A DNA stretch of 64,000 nt from Epiperipatus broadwayi. Lineage: Eukaryota > Animalia > Onychophora. Positions 1 to 12,460 of this stretch are shown piece after piece; position 1 is the first letter of the stretch; each line of letters begins with the position of its first letter. The position numbers were made by a program, and so were the translations under genes. The DNA lies in the NCBI GenBank assembly GCA_028023455.1, contig JAQFVV010000009.1, positions 14,570,001-14,634,000 on the forward strand, in the 5' to 3' direction. Under the pieces are notes generated by a model. It worked only from the letters and a program-made list of their open reading frames with translations. It was not told the origin of the DNA and ran no database searches.

Positions 1-139
1 AAAAAAAAAAGGGTTTTATTATACAAACTCCATATATATCTATAACTTCATCTTGTATATTTAACATTGTTGTTTTGATCAGTTATAACAATTATGCTCA
101 TCTAAGGCTAAGCAGTTTACATCTTTAAGAAAATTTATC

Positions 140-216
140 TATAGACTTCTGCTGGTTCGTGAAATCTTATCCTTATTTTTACCAGTCCACAGGTGTGAAA
201 AGGTTGAAGACCACTG
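140..216. mobile_element. Right end of a hAT (Charlie/Buster-type) DNA transposon
   Basis: 198-216 AAAAGGTTGAAGACCACTG is the reverse complement of CAGTGGTCTTCAACCTTTT, a typical hAT terminus. No left end recognised. Confidence 0.55.
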
Positions 217-893
217 CTGGAATCAATTAGGCTATTCTTCTAAATATTCCAATATAAATCTATAAATAAAATGACATCAGCATAAACTTTCAGACAAATT
301 ATATATTTATATTTAATCATATAAGACATGCATATATAGCTATTGGCAATTATACATATCATTACAAATATATTCTCAAAAAATGTAACAACTTTTTTAA
401 ATTCAGATATATTTAAGCATAAACTATGTAGAATTTTATGTATTATAGTAAAACAAAATACAACTGTATAATTTATGAATACAAAGTGCAATTGTTATAT
501 AAAATCAGCCAACAGTTTCACATATATACAATATATAAAACCATATATATGAGTTACATTTCTTCCTATATTACTATTAACAATAATATTTTAAATTTGA
601 AATAATTTTTACAATAGAAGCAGCAAACATAAATAAAAAAAGTAGATCTTATTGCTTTATATTACAAAAAATCAAACTAAATTAATTATGTAAATTCTTT
701 GTTTAAATCAAAATTGAAAGATGCTAAATTATTTTTTAAAAAGTTATTTATATTAAGGAGAACTGAGAATTAAAATGAAGTCAACAATAGCTTTCTCAAT
801 GCCATCTCTTAATTATTGAGTACCATTAAATGATTTTTTTCGTATACATAAAAAAATTCAACAAAAGAGCTATTACAGATTAAAAAAACTTGT

Positions 894-1360
894 TTAGTCT
901 CAGGAGATTGTAATTTAATAATAATTGATAGTTTCCTAGCAACATCAAAATGTGAAAGTTATCTCAGTTTACATGGATATAATCATCTTATTTCTACTCT
1001 TTATTATAATAATAATCCATGAAAATATTTAATTTAATACAGATAATTCTCTGGAGAACTTTAATATACTATTTGCAGAATATCAAAAAGGATGTCATTT
1101 TTTTCATATTTTTACGCTATAAAAATAGTTTTCTGAATTTAAATCCATTTAACTACTTGAGTTTAAAGTAAAATAGAAACATCTTTTTACTTTAAAAAAC
1201 CCAACAAAAGCACTATTAGCCTCAGGAGATTATTAATTAAAAGTAATTGATAGTTTGCTAACAACATCAAAATACAAAAGTTATCTCTGCTTACATGAAT
1301 ATAATCTCCTTATTTATATTATCTATTATAATAATAATCAATGAACATATTTAATTCAAT
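894..1360. repeat. Two diverged direct copies of a ~145-bp dispersed repeat (894-1038, 1216-1360)
   Basis: Shared TTAG.CTCAGGAGATT..AATT.A.A.TAATTGATAGTTT.CTA.CAACATCAAAAT...AAAGTTATCTC.G.TTACATG.ATATAATC; third copy at 59661-59806. Confidence 0.8.
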
Positions 1361-1609
1361 TGCTTAATGTTAACATCAATATATAGTTAATGTTTCAGTC
1401 AAAATACATCTACCATCAACCAGGTAATAGAAATCATTCAAGCAATTATTACAGGGAAGCAAAAATCATAAAACTATTGAATTTATACAATATTTTAAAC
1501 CACTAACTTCAAATGGATTGACAAATAAAAATCCAAAGATAAATTCAAAAGCATGAGTTTGGAATAATTAGAAAATAATAAACCAGAATTGAATAACATT
1601 TGTTTACTG

Positions 1610-2528
1610 TGTAACAGTCTAGTTTAACATGGGAGAGGAGAGTCGCATCTTACTACAGTTGAACTTAGGGTTTTTTTGTAGGATGCAGTGAGTTATGCAA
1701 TGAAAAACCTGATCAATGATTGCATCCATCTTTAATGACTAACTCATATGATTATACATTAAATCTGAACACAATTTATATCAATTCACCTATTTCCTAC
1801 CCCTTTTTACATTCCATTACACCACAGATTTCAAACTCAGGGAGAAGTTGCAGTTAACTCTCTTCAAGGGTGAATCTACATGGATAACAATATCCTCACT
1901 TTTATATAAGTGCAATAAATTAATGACTTTCCAACCAACCTTGCTAAAAAATATTATGACACAAGGAAAAAGAGTATATGTGTGCATATAATTTAAATAG
2001 TATGTAATCATGCTAAAATAGAATGATTTTGATGAATCAGAGACTTATTAAAGTTTCAAAATAGTTTAACAGGTTTTATTTTAACAAAGAAAAATTAAGA
2101 ACAATTCAAACAGAAATCATAACAACAATTTTTGAGTACCTGGCATGCATCCCTAACATTTAATAAAATAATCAATGATTCAAATTATCCCCTTCCTATC
2201 CCTGCTTGGTATGCATCATTAGCAATAAGTATTTATAAATTTATTACAATTTAAAATAAGAATCTTAACAAGTTTATATTTAAACCCAAACAATAGCATA
2301 GTGGTTGGTATTCTTGCAGTTTATTCCAACTGACAAAGTAGTCTATCTTCTTTGGAAAAGAAACCCCTGTATAATAATAATCTATTGTTGAGAGTAAAGA
2401 ACATGTTTCCAAGAAGGTTAGTCTTTTATACCAAAAAAGAAAAATAAGAGTTAATTAGTATCACAAGTTAAACAATTCTGTCCTGTACATTGCGAGTGTT
2501 TTTAATGTGGGCAAAGTAAAATCTTACA
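1610..2528 (-). mobile_element. 3' LTR of a minus-strand Ty3/Gypsy element
   Basis: Minus strand starts TGTAAGA directly after an 11-G polypurine tract (C-run 2529-2539) and ends CTGTTACA. 1610-1939 is homologous, in inverted orientation, to 4385-4628 plus 5786-5873. Confidence 0.75.
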
Positions 2529-2539
2529 CCCCCCCCCCC

Positions 2540-4384
2540 ATATTAAGTTAGATGATCTGTCAAGCTTGTTCAGAAAAAAAAAACCTAAATTGTATTTATT
2601 ATAAAACAAAAATATTTGTTTATCCTATAAGCTATAATCGCCTCTTTTTATTTCAGGATTTGAGAAATGAAATGATCCAAGCTAGGCATGTGCTTTCCCA
2701 TTGTTCTTAGATAAAGTTTAACGTTCAGATGGTTTACTTAAATGATTTGAACAATACTTTGTCTTAAGAATGTCCTATAAAATGTTTCTAAACCTCACAA
2801 AAAAGTCTCTTGATCTTGTAAATTCATATTCTTTCTGGGATTCCTACATTGGTAGAGTGAGCACTGTCGGTCAGCTTCAGTACAGTGCTGCCCTTTTGTG
2901 TTGTCCATTCCATCCTCTGCAAGCTAATATAGTGAAACTAAGATAGAAGCTCATTCTATAGAATTTTGGCATCTGGTAAGCATCTACACATTGTTTAGCT
3001 GAAAAACATTGGAGTAGCTTTTAAATAATTTGAATATTCTTGCTTATAAATTATTTAGTGTTAAAAGCTTTAAATGTGTTTCTGCAATATATAGATATAT
3101 TAGTGACGTAAAATTATTTTTCTGATACTATTCAAATGATGTGCTACTATGTGCTACTATTCCCTTATGGTTTTCACAATTGATAATATTTCTATTCTTC
3201 TGAATACTTATTGTCTATTAGGAAATTCCCTTGGGTGCAGGTTTGTGATATTATAAAAGTGTTTCTTGCTGTCAAAGTCTATATAAGTAAATAATTCCTT
3301 AGGTTTAATCAATCATCTTTGCAGTTATTCTCATATTTGAATCTAAAAAATATCTTTTTGTATATATATATATTTATTATTTGCATGAGGTTTTTATATA
3401 TAGTGATTGTTGAGTTAATTAATGTTTTCAATTAAATAATTGAATCATAAACTTTCATCTTTTGAACAATAAGTTGCTTGGATATGCTTGACCTAGATCA
3501 TCTTCAAGTTCTAAAGTTCAAGTTTTGGTTAGTTTCAATGGTTACTAAACAATAGGTTTACTTTTGTTTTTATCTATATATGTGGAATATTTAGTCTTTA
3601 ATTGTTAGTCTAGTTAGGAAAATATTTTTATTTTATTTTTTTATTTAAAGTTAATGTTTTCTAATTTACATTACTAATATACATGTAAGTTAATTTTTTT
3701 TTATTAGAATGTACTGACTTGCAAATGAGCATGTACATGAGCTTTTGCATAAGTTGTAAATGACCCTTCCAACATCCCTATCTTTATAGGATTGAAATTT
3801 TCTGACATAGTTGTGAACTTTCAATTCTCCAAGCATATATATGTCTGTTTAAAGTTGAATATGCATTGTCCTATGCAAGGTTTATGGAGGGTTATTTGAA
3901 CTATTCACAATCTATTCATTCATTTTTTTTCTTACTCATTCATGAATGAGATTGGTGTGAGGGTGTTCTTTTCAGGTGATAGAAGGGGATGAACCAAATC
4001 GATGGTGTAGCACATGCAAGATTTTATAACCTCTTCATTCTACTTTCTTTTGAAGTCTTATTGGATTTTCTTGAAGAGTGTACAAATCATGGAAGATTCA
4101 TTTCTGTGTATGGATTAGCTCCTAATTGTGTTGGTTTATAAGTATCCCTAAATGGTGTTTCTTGTCAGGTGGGTTATACTCTCACCATTGAAATAGCTGT
4201 CCTTTTACTCTGATTAATATCTGCATTTTCTTTCATTTTTTAAACTTAATCTGAAATTTTATTGCAAATTGCAAGCATTAGGATCTGTCTTATGGCTGAC
4301 CTAGATATGGCTTTAAAATTCTTGCATTATAGGTTCCTTTCATCTCTCCATTTATATTTATCCAAAAGGCATTAAGGCCTGACT
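2540..4384 (-). pseudogene. Decayed, internally deleted Gypsy gag-pol fragment
   Basis: Minus-strand FYVTNISIYC (degenerate YxDD context, 3084-3113) and QETFL*GLETFYRTFL (FLGL..YYRRFI, ~2762-2805). No RNase H or integrase recognised before the PPT. Many stops and frameshifts. Confidence 0.6.
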
Positions 4385-4628
4385 GTTGGTTGGAAAGTCA
4401 TTAATTCATTGCACTTATATAAAAGTGATTTTTATTCATGTAGATTTACTCTTAAAGAGAGTCAACCACAACTTCTCACTGAGTTTGAAATCTGTGGCAT
4501 AATGGAACCTAAACGAAGGGTAGGAAATGGGTGAATTGATATAAATTGTGTTCAGATTTAATGCATAATCATATAAGCTAGCCATTAAAGATGGATGCAA
4601 TCATTGATCAGGTTTTTTATTGCATCAC

Positions 4629-5785
4629 TGGTACTTATAACCTAATTGGGCTTGGCCACTTGATGGCATTCTGGCTCACCACAACACCTAACAAATGCCG
4701 TTTACAAGGCCTGACTTATGGCTATAGAAAACATCTAATGTTTGTCTTAGCCATTAGAAGCCATTGATGATGATGTATCACAGAAATAATACAGCCTATT
4801 TCTGCTTCGCAACAGTTACTATGAATCCACACACTTATCTTTTGTGTACAGTTTGATATATATGTGTGTGTAGTTTGATTAGTCAATTTTTTACAATATA
4901 CGTTACACAATCTTTGTATTTGTAATGAATTTAAAAAAGACTTTATAGTAATTTTCCAAATGGCCACACCCTTATTTAGAGAAGGTGTAATGTGTAAAAG
5001 CTTGCCGAGGGTACGTCAACAGAATTCAGGCGAGTTCACGTGCGAAATCTTGTTTTCACATGAAATACCACGTAGTTCATAAAATAGCTAGCGATCGCGT
5101 AACTTTTTCCACAGTTGCCGAAAACAGAACCCGAGTATTTCTGCTGTCCTATAAAAATATACATGATTTTTTGTAAATTTAATAGAAAGCACATATTATA
5201 AACATGTTTAATAAGTAAATAAGACATTTATATGTGTTTGTTGTTGTTTAAAAAAGTTTGAGTTTCTTTCTTTTGTCCAACTACGGTTACGATTTTGATA
5301 TCTTTTATTTTAGCATTACGAACAACAGAACACTAACCTAAAACTAATCCTAAACTAATCCTAAACCTAACCCTAAAACTAACCCTAAAACTAACCCTAA
5401 ACCTAACCCTAAACTAACTCTAAAACTAACCCTAACTAACCCTAAAACTAACCCTGACCCTACACAGTTGTTTTGTTATGTAGAAAGCAATAATTAAGCA
5501 AAAGACATCGCTAAATAGACATCACAGAGTAGCAGCTTTGTCCAAAAACAATGATTTAAAAATAAAAAAAAAGGTTGTCGTTTACTAAATACAAAATTAA
5601 AATTAAACAACTTTTTTAATAAAAAGGCATGAAAAAAAAAGTTATAGCAATCAATAAATTAATAACAAAAAAAAACACAGCGATTCGATTTAAAAATATG
5701 ATGTGGCCCCAAACATTGTTTTGTATTGTTTTTGACTTCCAACAACGCCATCAAGTGGCCAAGCCCAATTACATTATAATTACTG
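4629..5785. mobile_element. Non-autonomous TIR element (1157 bp) inserted into the LTR
   Basis: Perfect 25-bp inverted core TAATTGGGCTTGGCCACTTGATGGC (4643-4667 / 5747-5771) within ~42-bp imperfect TIRs; flanks CATCAC / CATCGC; no ORF of note. Confidence 0.75.
5333..5462. repeat. Telomere-like tandem array, ~12-bp unit CTAACCCTAAAA
   Basis: About 11-12 degenerate units containing CCCTAA (TTAGGG on the minus strand), internal to the TIR element. Confidence 0.9.
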
Positions 5786-5873
5786 CATCGCTCATTGCAT
5801 CCTACAAAAAGACCCTAGGTCCAACTATAGTAAGATTCATCTCCCTTCTCCCATGTTAAACTGGACTGTTACA

Positions 5874-8800
5874 TATGGTGCTAAATGTTAAGAGCATGAA
5901 ACAATAGTTTACCATTAACTACATCCATAGTTTTTTAAAAAATTACTTTAAATAATTTTTATGGAGTGTAACCTTAATCGATTGATTCTCATAGCAATGG
6001 TAAATCATTTCAACCATAAAGAATGATATAATTTTTATATAAATTCTTAAAATAGTAAATAATTGAATAAATAGAGACCTTAAAATAAAATAGTGAATGA
6101 TTAAATAGATCAATCAGTCACTTAAAAAAACAATTTTAAATTAGGCATTAAATTAATAATATCTAAAAAAGGTAGAAAAATTTTAAAATTACACTAAAAA
6201 GTGAAAGACATAGCAGAAAATCCTGTGACAAATAATCTCTCTTTATAAATAAGGAATAAACAAACTTATAACCAAAATAAAAATAATATATGATTATTAA
6301 GAAGTAGGAAAACTGTAGTCAATGCAATAATAAAACATATTGAAAAAGTATGATATTAACATTAGTGAATGAGTAAAAGATATTAGTAATATTGAAGAAG
6401 GATCTTCAATAATCTGATTATCAAGAAAAAAATATAACTGAGAGTGATTACTCTACACAAACACTTATTCCTGATGAATCAACATCTCAAACCAAGCCTG
6501 CACACAAAGATGAAGAATCTCAAATAACTACACTTAAAAAAACATAAGCTACAACAAATAAAATGATCTGGGAACAAGAATTTCAAATACTCTGGGATAG
6601 AATGCCAGAAGAGGTAAAGAATATGAAAATAACATTGACCAGTGATATGAAACTTATATTAAATGAGTGGCAATGAGATGAAAAAGTTACACTAGAAATT
6701 GGAAAAGAGATTTTACCTGGTAAACCTTATCATTGGCATGAATGATGCATTCATCATGCTAGAGATTACCTATATATTTGGAGTGATTCTACTGTTTTAG
6801 AATTATATGAGTAAAGTATGGCTGTTTTTGATTTATGTTAGATGGAAATTTTTATCTTAAGTATATTACTGGTATAGCTGAAAATGATTCAAAAGATCAT
6901 GAACAATTTTTAAAAAGACTACAAAGTGCATGTAATGAAGCTGAATCTGGTACTCCTAATCAACCTATTCCATCTTTACCTGATTTAACACATTTAGCTT
7001 TTAGAAATTGGCCTTTTACATGTAAAAAAGATGGTGAGATGATCATTCACCATTCAATTAATCCACAACAAGCCATTATTTTACAAAAAAACTTGTTTGG
7101 TTTTATTTTTGAATCCAATCGAGGTACTAAACATTCTTTTATTGCTGAAACTTCATTTGACCCTGAATTTTCTACTGGTTGGATATTTCAAGTCTCTAAA
7201 AATGTGATAGAAGATAATCTTCTCAATATTATTTTGGAAAAAACAATAACAAATATAGATCAAACTAACTCGAGTACTCCAATACCAACTCCACAAATAA
7301 ACTTTACTGAGATAAGTGTGAATAATAATACAACACAGATTAGCATGAACAACCAACACCAAGAACACCAAATTTACCCTGAATACAAAGACTACAAATG
7401 CAATGATGTCATCAAAAACAAATCATTTTAATTGAGATGACTGTCACAACCACTATGTTGTCACACAGCATAGCAATGATGCAGAGAATCATTGCAGCAT
7501 TATTGAAGTGGATAAACCTGATTTGAAACACCTAGAAAGAAATGCGGATATGAATGAAGCACAAAGTCTTCAAAATACACAAGTTATGAGCATGCAACAA
7601 AATGGGAATGATCGAATGATGTTGATTAATAAAGAGAAGCAGAACTGTATGGAAATCAACTTAGAGATTCCCTTTAAAAATCCAAATCAAATAGTTGACC
7701 CTTCTATAAAACCTACTCTCCCACCTCAACTTTCAACTTGAAAGAAATAATTCCTAATATGTTGCAAGCCAACATTGAAAATCATATACTAACCATACAA
7801 ATAAACACCCCACATATTAAAGGCATTATGGAGAAATATATGGAAGAAGATATGATGGTAAACAAATTAGGTATGTATTTAAAATCACATTTTCATAGTC
7901 GTATTTACCATCAACATAATGTTTTCACAATATTATGTCAGAGAACTGAATGACAACCATCAGATTAGGGCATTACTAATTATAGTAGCTGCCACAAAAG
8001 AAGATCCATACAATAAAAGGACCAATCATGTAGACAGAAATGAAGTGAATAAACTTGATCATCTTAAATGTATATTATCACATTTAAAATTTCCCCATAA
8101 CCAGCAAGATGATCAAATCATAAAAAAGACAATGGATTATAATGGGGCAAACCTCATCCCAAACCATTAAACAAAAAGGTAATAGGTTCTATAAGCTATG
8201 TAACACCTATGAAATCCCATTTATGTTTATTACGTATTAATAAGCTTATAATAAAAACGGACCAAAAAGGATTATGACCATGGATATGGAAACCTGATTA
8301 CGCAACTAGAATAAACAAAATTATTTTTTACATCATTATATTAAACCAAATCACCAATAAAAAAAAATTGGAGATTAAAATACTCATCAAAATTTATATG
8401 AGAAACCATGTTACATAAACTTTCTAACAAAACTTATGATGGTCTATTTATCTTCATCAAATATACCAATAAAAAGGTTAATAAATTTATAATGAAGATA
8501 AAACCAAGTAAATTTATTTCCCAAAAATATGGAAACCATATCCTGGAGAAGTAGAATGAAACTTTTCTTTCTTTGTCATTTAAAAAAAATGGATATATCT
8601 AAATAGAGAAACAATTAAATCAATAAATAAAATAATTTTCACAACATGTGAATATGAATTTATGTAATACTTATAAGGATTGCAGTTTAAAAAAATTAAG
8701 GAATGAAAGGATAAGGAAGGATAAACACATTATAAAAACTTATGTCCAAAAATATATTAAGGAATGAACCCATATAAATAAACTTATAGATTCATTTCTA

Positions 8801-9620
8801 AAACCAGACCATTAGCATAGAAAAGGAGACTGATTACTAATAAGGTGTCACATTCATACACGAATTGCAACTGATATGTTTAATGGATGCCAGACAAAAT
8901 TTCAATAAGTCTCAAGAATAAAGAACAGGATTGGCACCTTTAAATAAGCTATATATAAAGTATGAATAGGCTAACTAAAATAAAACTTAGCTGCAAATAA
9001 TCAGATCATCCACCATACTATATCTTGGTATACCATTCTATAAATTATAAATATGGCCTTAAGTAAATTAGACCTAACAACATTTAATATATTGATAAAG
9101 ACACATTGTGTGAAAAGTACTTGTAAAAAAATAAATAAAAGGTAAGCAATCCACATAATGATATTGCATGAATATATGTAGTAAATTATATTAACTAGAG
9201 TGTAAACAAATCTACTAGATTTATATTTATAAAGGTTAATAACCATAGTAAATAACTCCAAAATAAATGCCATAAATTTAATAATCCATATAAAAAACCA
9301 TGTACAATAATAAAGCAAACAGTTCCAAATGCATTCTGGTTAAATATAAATGGTGAAATAAAGGGTACCTATAATGCACACATTCTTAAACCATATTTTG
9401 GTCAAACAGAAAATTGAAATAATTATCACATGCTGATAATAAAAAGAGAAAGGAGACAACACTAAATTAAAAAAAAAACAACCTAGGGATAATCAGCTCT
9501 ATGATGAAAGCACCCAAGTTAATATGACTTCTTTATAAATCTAAATTGAAAATTGTACATATAACATTAGAACACACATATATATTCAAAGTGTTAAAAT
9601 TTTTTTGTATGGGAGGGGAT
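5874..9620 (+). mobile_element. Decayed Ty3/Gypsy internal region (ORF1-like region, RT, integrase)
   Basis: RT-like IIVAATKEDP...RTNHVDRNEVNK...KFPHNQQDDQI (ORF 7919-8170); integrase GPY/F-module-like KFNNPYKKPCTIIKQTVPNAFWLNINGEIKGTYNAHILKPYF (9274-9417); PPT GGGAGGGGA (9611-9619) just before TGTAAGA at 9621. Confidence 0.7.
6835..7431 (+). CDS. 198-aa open frame of unknown function in the 5' coding region of the Gypsy element (probably non-functional)
   Basis: Longest ORF in the window; lies between the PBS and the RT; coding-like sequence continues upstream from ~6560 across stops and a frameshift. No recognised domain. Confidence 0.35.
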   Translation: MLDGNFYLKYITGIAENDSKDHEQFLKRLQSACNEAESGTPNQPIPSLPDLTHLAFRNWPFTCKKDGEMIIHHSINPQQAIILQKNLFGFIFESNRGTKHSFIAETSFDPEFSTGWIFQVSKNVIEDNLLNIILEKTITNIDQTNSSTPIPTPQINFTEISVNNNTTQISMNNQHQEHQIYPEYKDYKCNDVIKNKSF

Positions 9621-9734
9621 TGTAAGAGTAAAGTAAGATAACTTACAATCTTGTTAAATACTCTTATTTTTGTGCAATACCTAAACATATACTGAAAAAT
9701 ATAATTGTAAGTTTATATACCTTATTTTTTTCTT
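9621..9734 (+). mobile_element. Start of the 3' LTR, truncated at a (TA)n tract
   Basis: TGTAAGA start after the PPT, the same start as the LTR at 2528 (minus); otherwise weak similarity. Confidence 0.5.
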
Positions 9735-9757
9735 TATATATATATATATATATATAT

Positions 9758-11150
9758 TGTACGATCAAAATCGTGTGTTCATTCAACAAGACCTAAAATC
9801 ACATATAACCATCTAGTATGTGCAAGATACATAAGTCAGGAACAATACCAAATATCAACCTATTTACTAGTGCTCCAGGGTGTATGACTACATAAACAAC
9901 ATTTTTGATGATACTAGTGAGTTTCATTCTTACTCCATCCCAGCTAGAGTTCAGAGTACACACACAACTTAACACAACAGATTTACATTTCATTAATCAA
10001 TACCTATCTAAATTTATTATAATTACAGAATGGTGTGGAGTATACCTGATATTGATTGATAATTTAAATAAATTGAAGATTTGATTGATTTGAACTACAA
10101 TAACTTCATGGCAACATAACAAAAGTAATTAATTTAAACCCATAAAATCTTATAACTAATAAAAGGGATTTATGTTAGAGATTTGGAATAATGACAAACC
10201 GAGATTTCAAAGTACTAATATAATATATTTTTCTTATACATATAAGTGTCATCATACAATATAGTCAATTTTTGTGTATACAACTTTTAAACATATTGGA
10301 TTCGCAATTACAATAATTTAAAATTGATTCAGTAAATCAGATCATATTTGTAATTTAAAAATGTTATCGCATTTCAGTTTAGCAAGCAACTGTGATCCAT
10401 TTAAGACACAAATTGGATTTTGATACAGCCAAAATATAATACATTTGTTTACTAAATATCAACAGTTGGTTAAGCAGTCTGCCAAGTACAAATCAGCAAT
10501 AATCCATCATTTTAGCTCTCAATAAATTATAAATTGAAGAAAATAAGTCTATTTTCTTCCTCTACAAATATATAGACAACTGACATGAATAAGTTGCATT
10601 AGATCATTATTACATTTAAATAGGGTCTAAGTTATGAATGTGGGAAAACAAAGCTTATCTTTAGTAAATAGCAATTCTATATGATATGTGATTAATTAGT
10701 TAACTATTGGCTAATGAAAAATGTGCCGCCACAGTAGAGATAGCATTTCAGGTTTATAAATAGAGAATAACTAAATAATTCTAAAAATGGTATGACATTA
10801 TGGCTACAATAAAAGAACACATGAGGTCATTAATGATTCTCAAAGAGGCTTTGCTAGGAGAAATCAATGAATGAGAAGACATGCTGGCCCGCTGACCAAA
10901 ACATATCTCTGCATAACAATAAAAGTTGATGTGCTGTGATGGTTTATCCATGTGTGCCCATGCACATTTTACTGGAAGTATTTGAACAAGGGAAATCCAT
11001 AGTAGGAAATACATCTACTTTTATGGGAAACTATTATTATTGGATTAGTCATTTCAATTTTTGCAGGTCCTGAAAGTTAAGTTGCAAAGCACAAACAATA
11101 ATAATAACAAGTGAATAATTGTAACCATAAAGTACATAATACTGTATACA

Positions 11151-11153
<3 letters not shown>
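9758..11153 (+). mobile_element. Second LTR-element 5' fragment: 270-bp LTR (9758-10027), PBS-like site, decayed internal sequence
   Basis: TGTACG...ATTACA followed by GAATGGTGTGGAG; begins in a (TA)n run and ends at (TA)n 11154. Confidence 0.5.
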
Positions 11154-11212
<59 letters not shown>

Positions 11213-11223
11213 TATATATATAT
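11154..11223. repeat. (TA)n microsatellite
   Basis: Direct reading. Other (TA)n runs at about 9735-9757, 13080-13104, 13762-13822, 33577-33598 and 38942-38973. Confidence 0.97.
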
Positions 11224-12094
11224 TTGGTGCAAACAAATGTGAATTTAATCCTGATTTAAATAGTTAGCTCTCTAGCATAATAGAACATCCACAAAACTCA
11301 GGGCAATAAATGAATTTTAAGAAAGTATAATATAAAAGAAACAGTGAGAATTAAAAACAAATTTAAAGGAATAGATTGTTTTCCCACACATTGAAACTTT
11401 AAAATTTCTCATGGCTTAGACATTAAAACATTAAAATAAAACCTATATTAAAAAACACAAATTCACTTCTGGTGAGATTTTACAAAACTGCATGATAATT
11501 AATATGTAGGTGCTAAAGATCAGATGCAAATGAGATATACAATCTAAATACTGATAGAATTTAATTTTAAAATTTTCATAATAGATTTTCCTAAAGAGCT
11601 AAGTTTGGTTTAGGAAAATGTGATGGATTTTGCTTAAATAATTTAATAAATTACATTTTCTTTTGAAAAATGATTAGGGGCAAATATTAATTAGTGAATA
11701 ATAGAAACTTAATTTTTTAAGACTATTTTTATCATTTAAATTATTTATAAAATAACAAATATACAAAATTAAACAAGCTTCATCTATTGATTGCTTAATG
11801 GAAAATCTACATCCCCTGCAATAAACTTGACTGGAGAAAATAATAAAGACTAGGGTTGTAATATGCTCTTTGAATTTTGTACTTAACTTGGCAGTTTATT
11901 TTAAATTAACATTAAAATAAATAAATTGCCTTATCAAAATAATATAGAGTTCTAATAAGATTAAAACGGTTATTTTTTACAGAAAATAAAGTTAATGAAG
12001 TATTTAAAGAAAGTTGTATAGACATTACATATAAATATTTTAGAGTGAATAAATGAGCAGAACCCAATCATAAATTAATATTAATTGTTAAAAG

Positions 12095-12460
12095 ATCAGA
12101 GACTGGCAGCACACAGGGTTACCTCAAAGCATAGCTGGAGACAGGCTTCATTAATAAGGCAGGTTTTCTCAATGCAGTTTAATATCATGGACTAGATGTT
12201 GACTGCACTGGAGTGGCATTGTGATCGGCTGGAGGAGACAGAGTACAGGAGGTGAATAGTCTTCTTTTATTCCGACATTATTTAGCTGAAACAAACTGGC
12301 TTGAAGTATATTCACTCTGTGAGCAAGACTCTAAGTGATCCTGATGCCAAAATTTAGCTATTTATATCATTCTGTCTTATCTATTAGGATCTAATCTACA
12401 TGACATTTTCTGATGACTTTCTCTGTGGTCAGTGTCTATCTGGGTGGGAAATCTACAATC
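12095..12460 (+). mobile_element. RTE-like LINE reverse transcriptase fragment
   Basis: RQVFSMQFNIMD*...IVFFYSDII*L from 12157 resembles RQGC.LSP.LFNI.MD...L.YADDI.L. Confidence 0.5.

Larger units (their letters stand above)
4385..5873 (+). mobile_element. 5'-truncated 5' LTR of the plus-strand Gypsy element, interrupted by an insertion (4629-5785)
   Basis: 4385-4628 and 5786-5873 join into the same sequence as the uninterrupted LTR at 1610-1939. Ends GACTGTTACA, followed by PBS-like TGGTGC (5876-5881). Confidence 0.75.

Noticed and set aside
1430-1560. Penelope GIY-YIG C-terminal remnant (YREAKIIK...)
   Set aside because: Similarity too short and weak, with no supporting RT.
5333-5462. True telomere or chromosome-fusion site
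   Set aside because: The unit is ~12 bp rather than pure TTAGGG, and the array sits inside a TIR-bounded insert.
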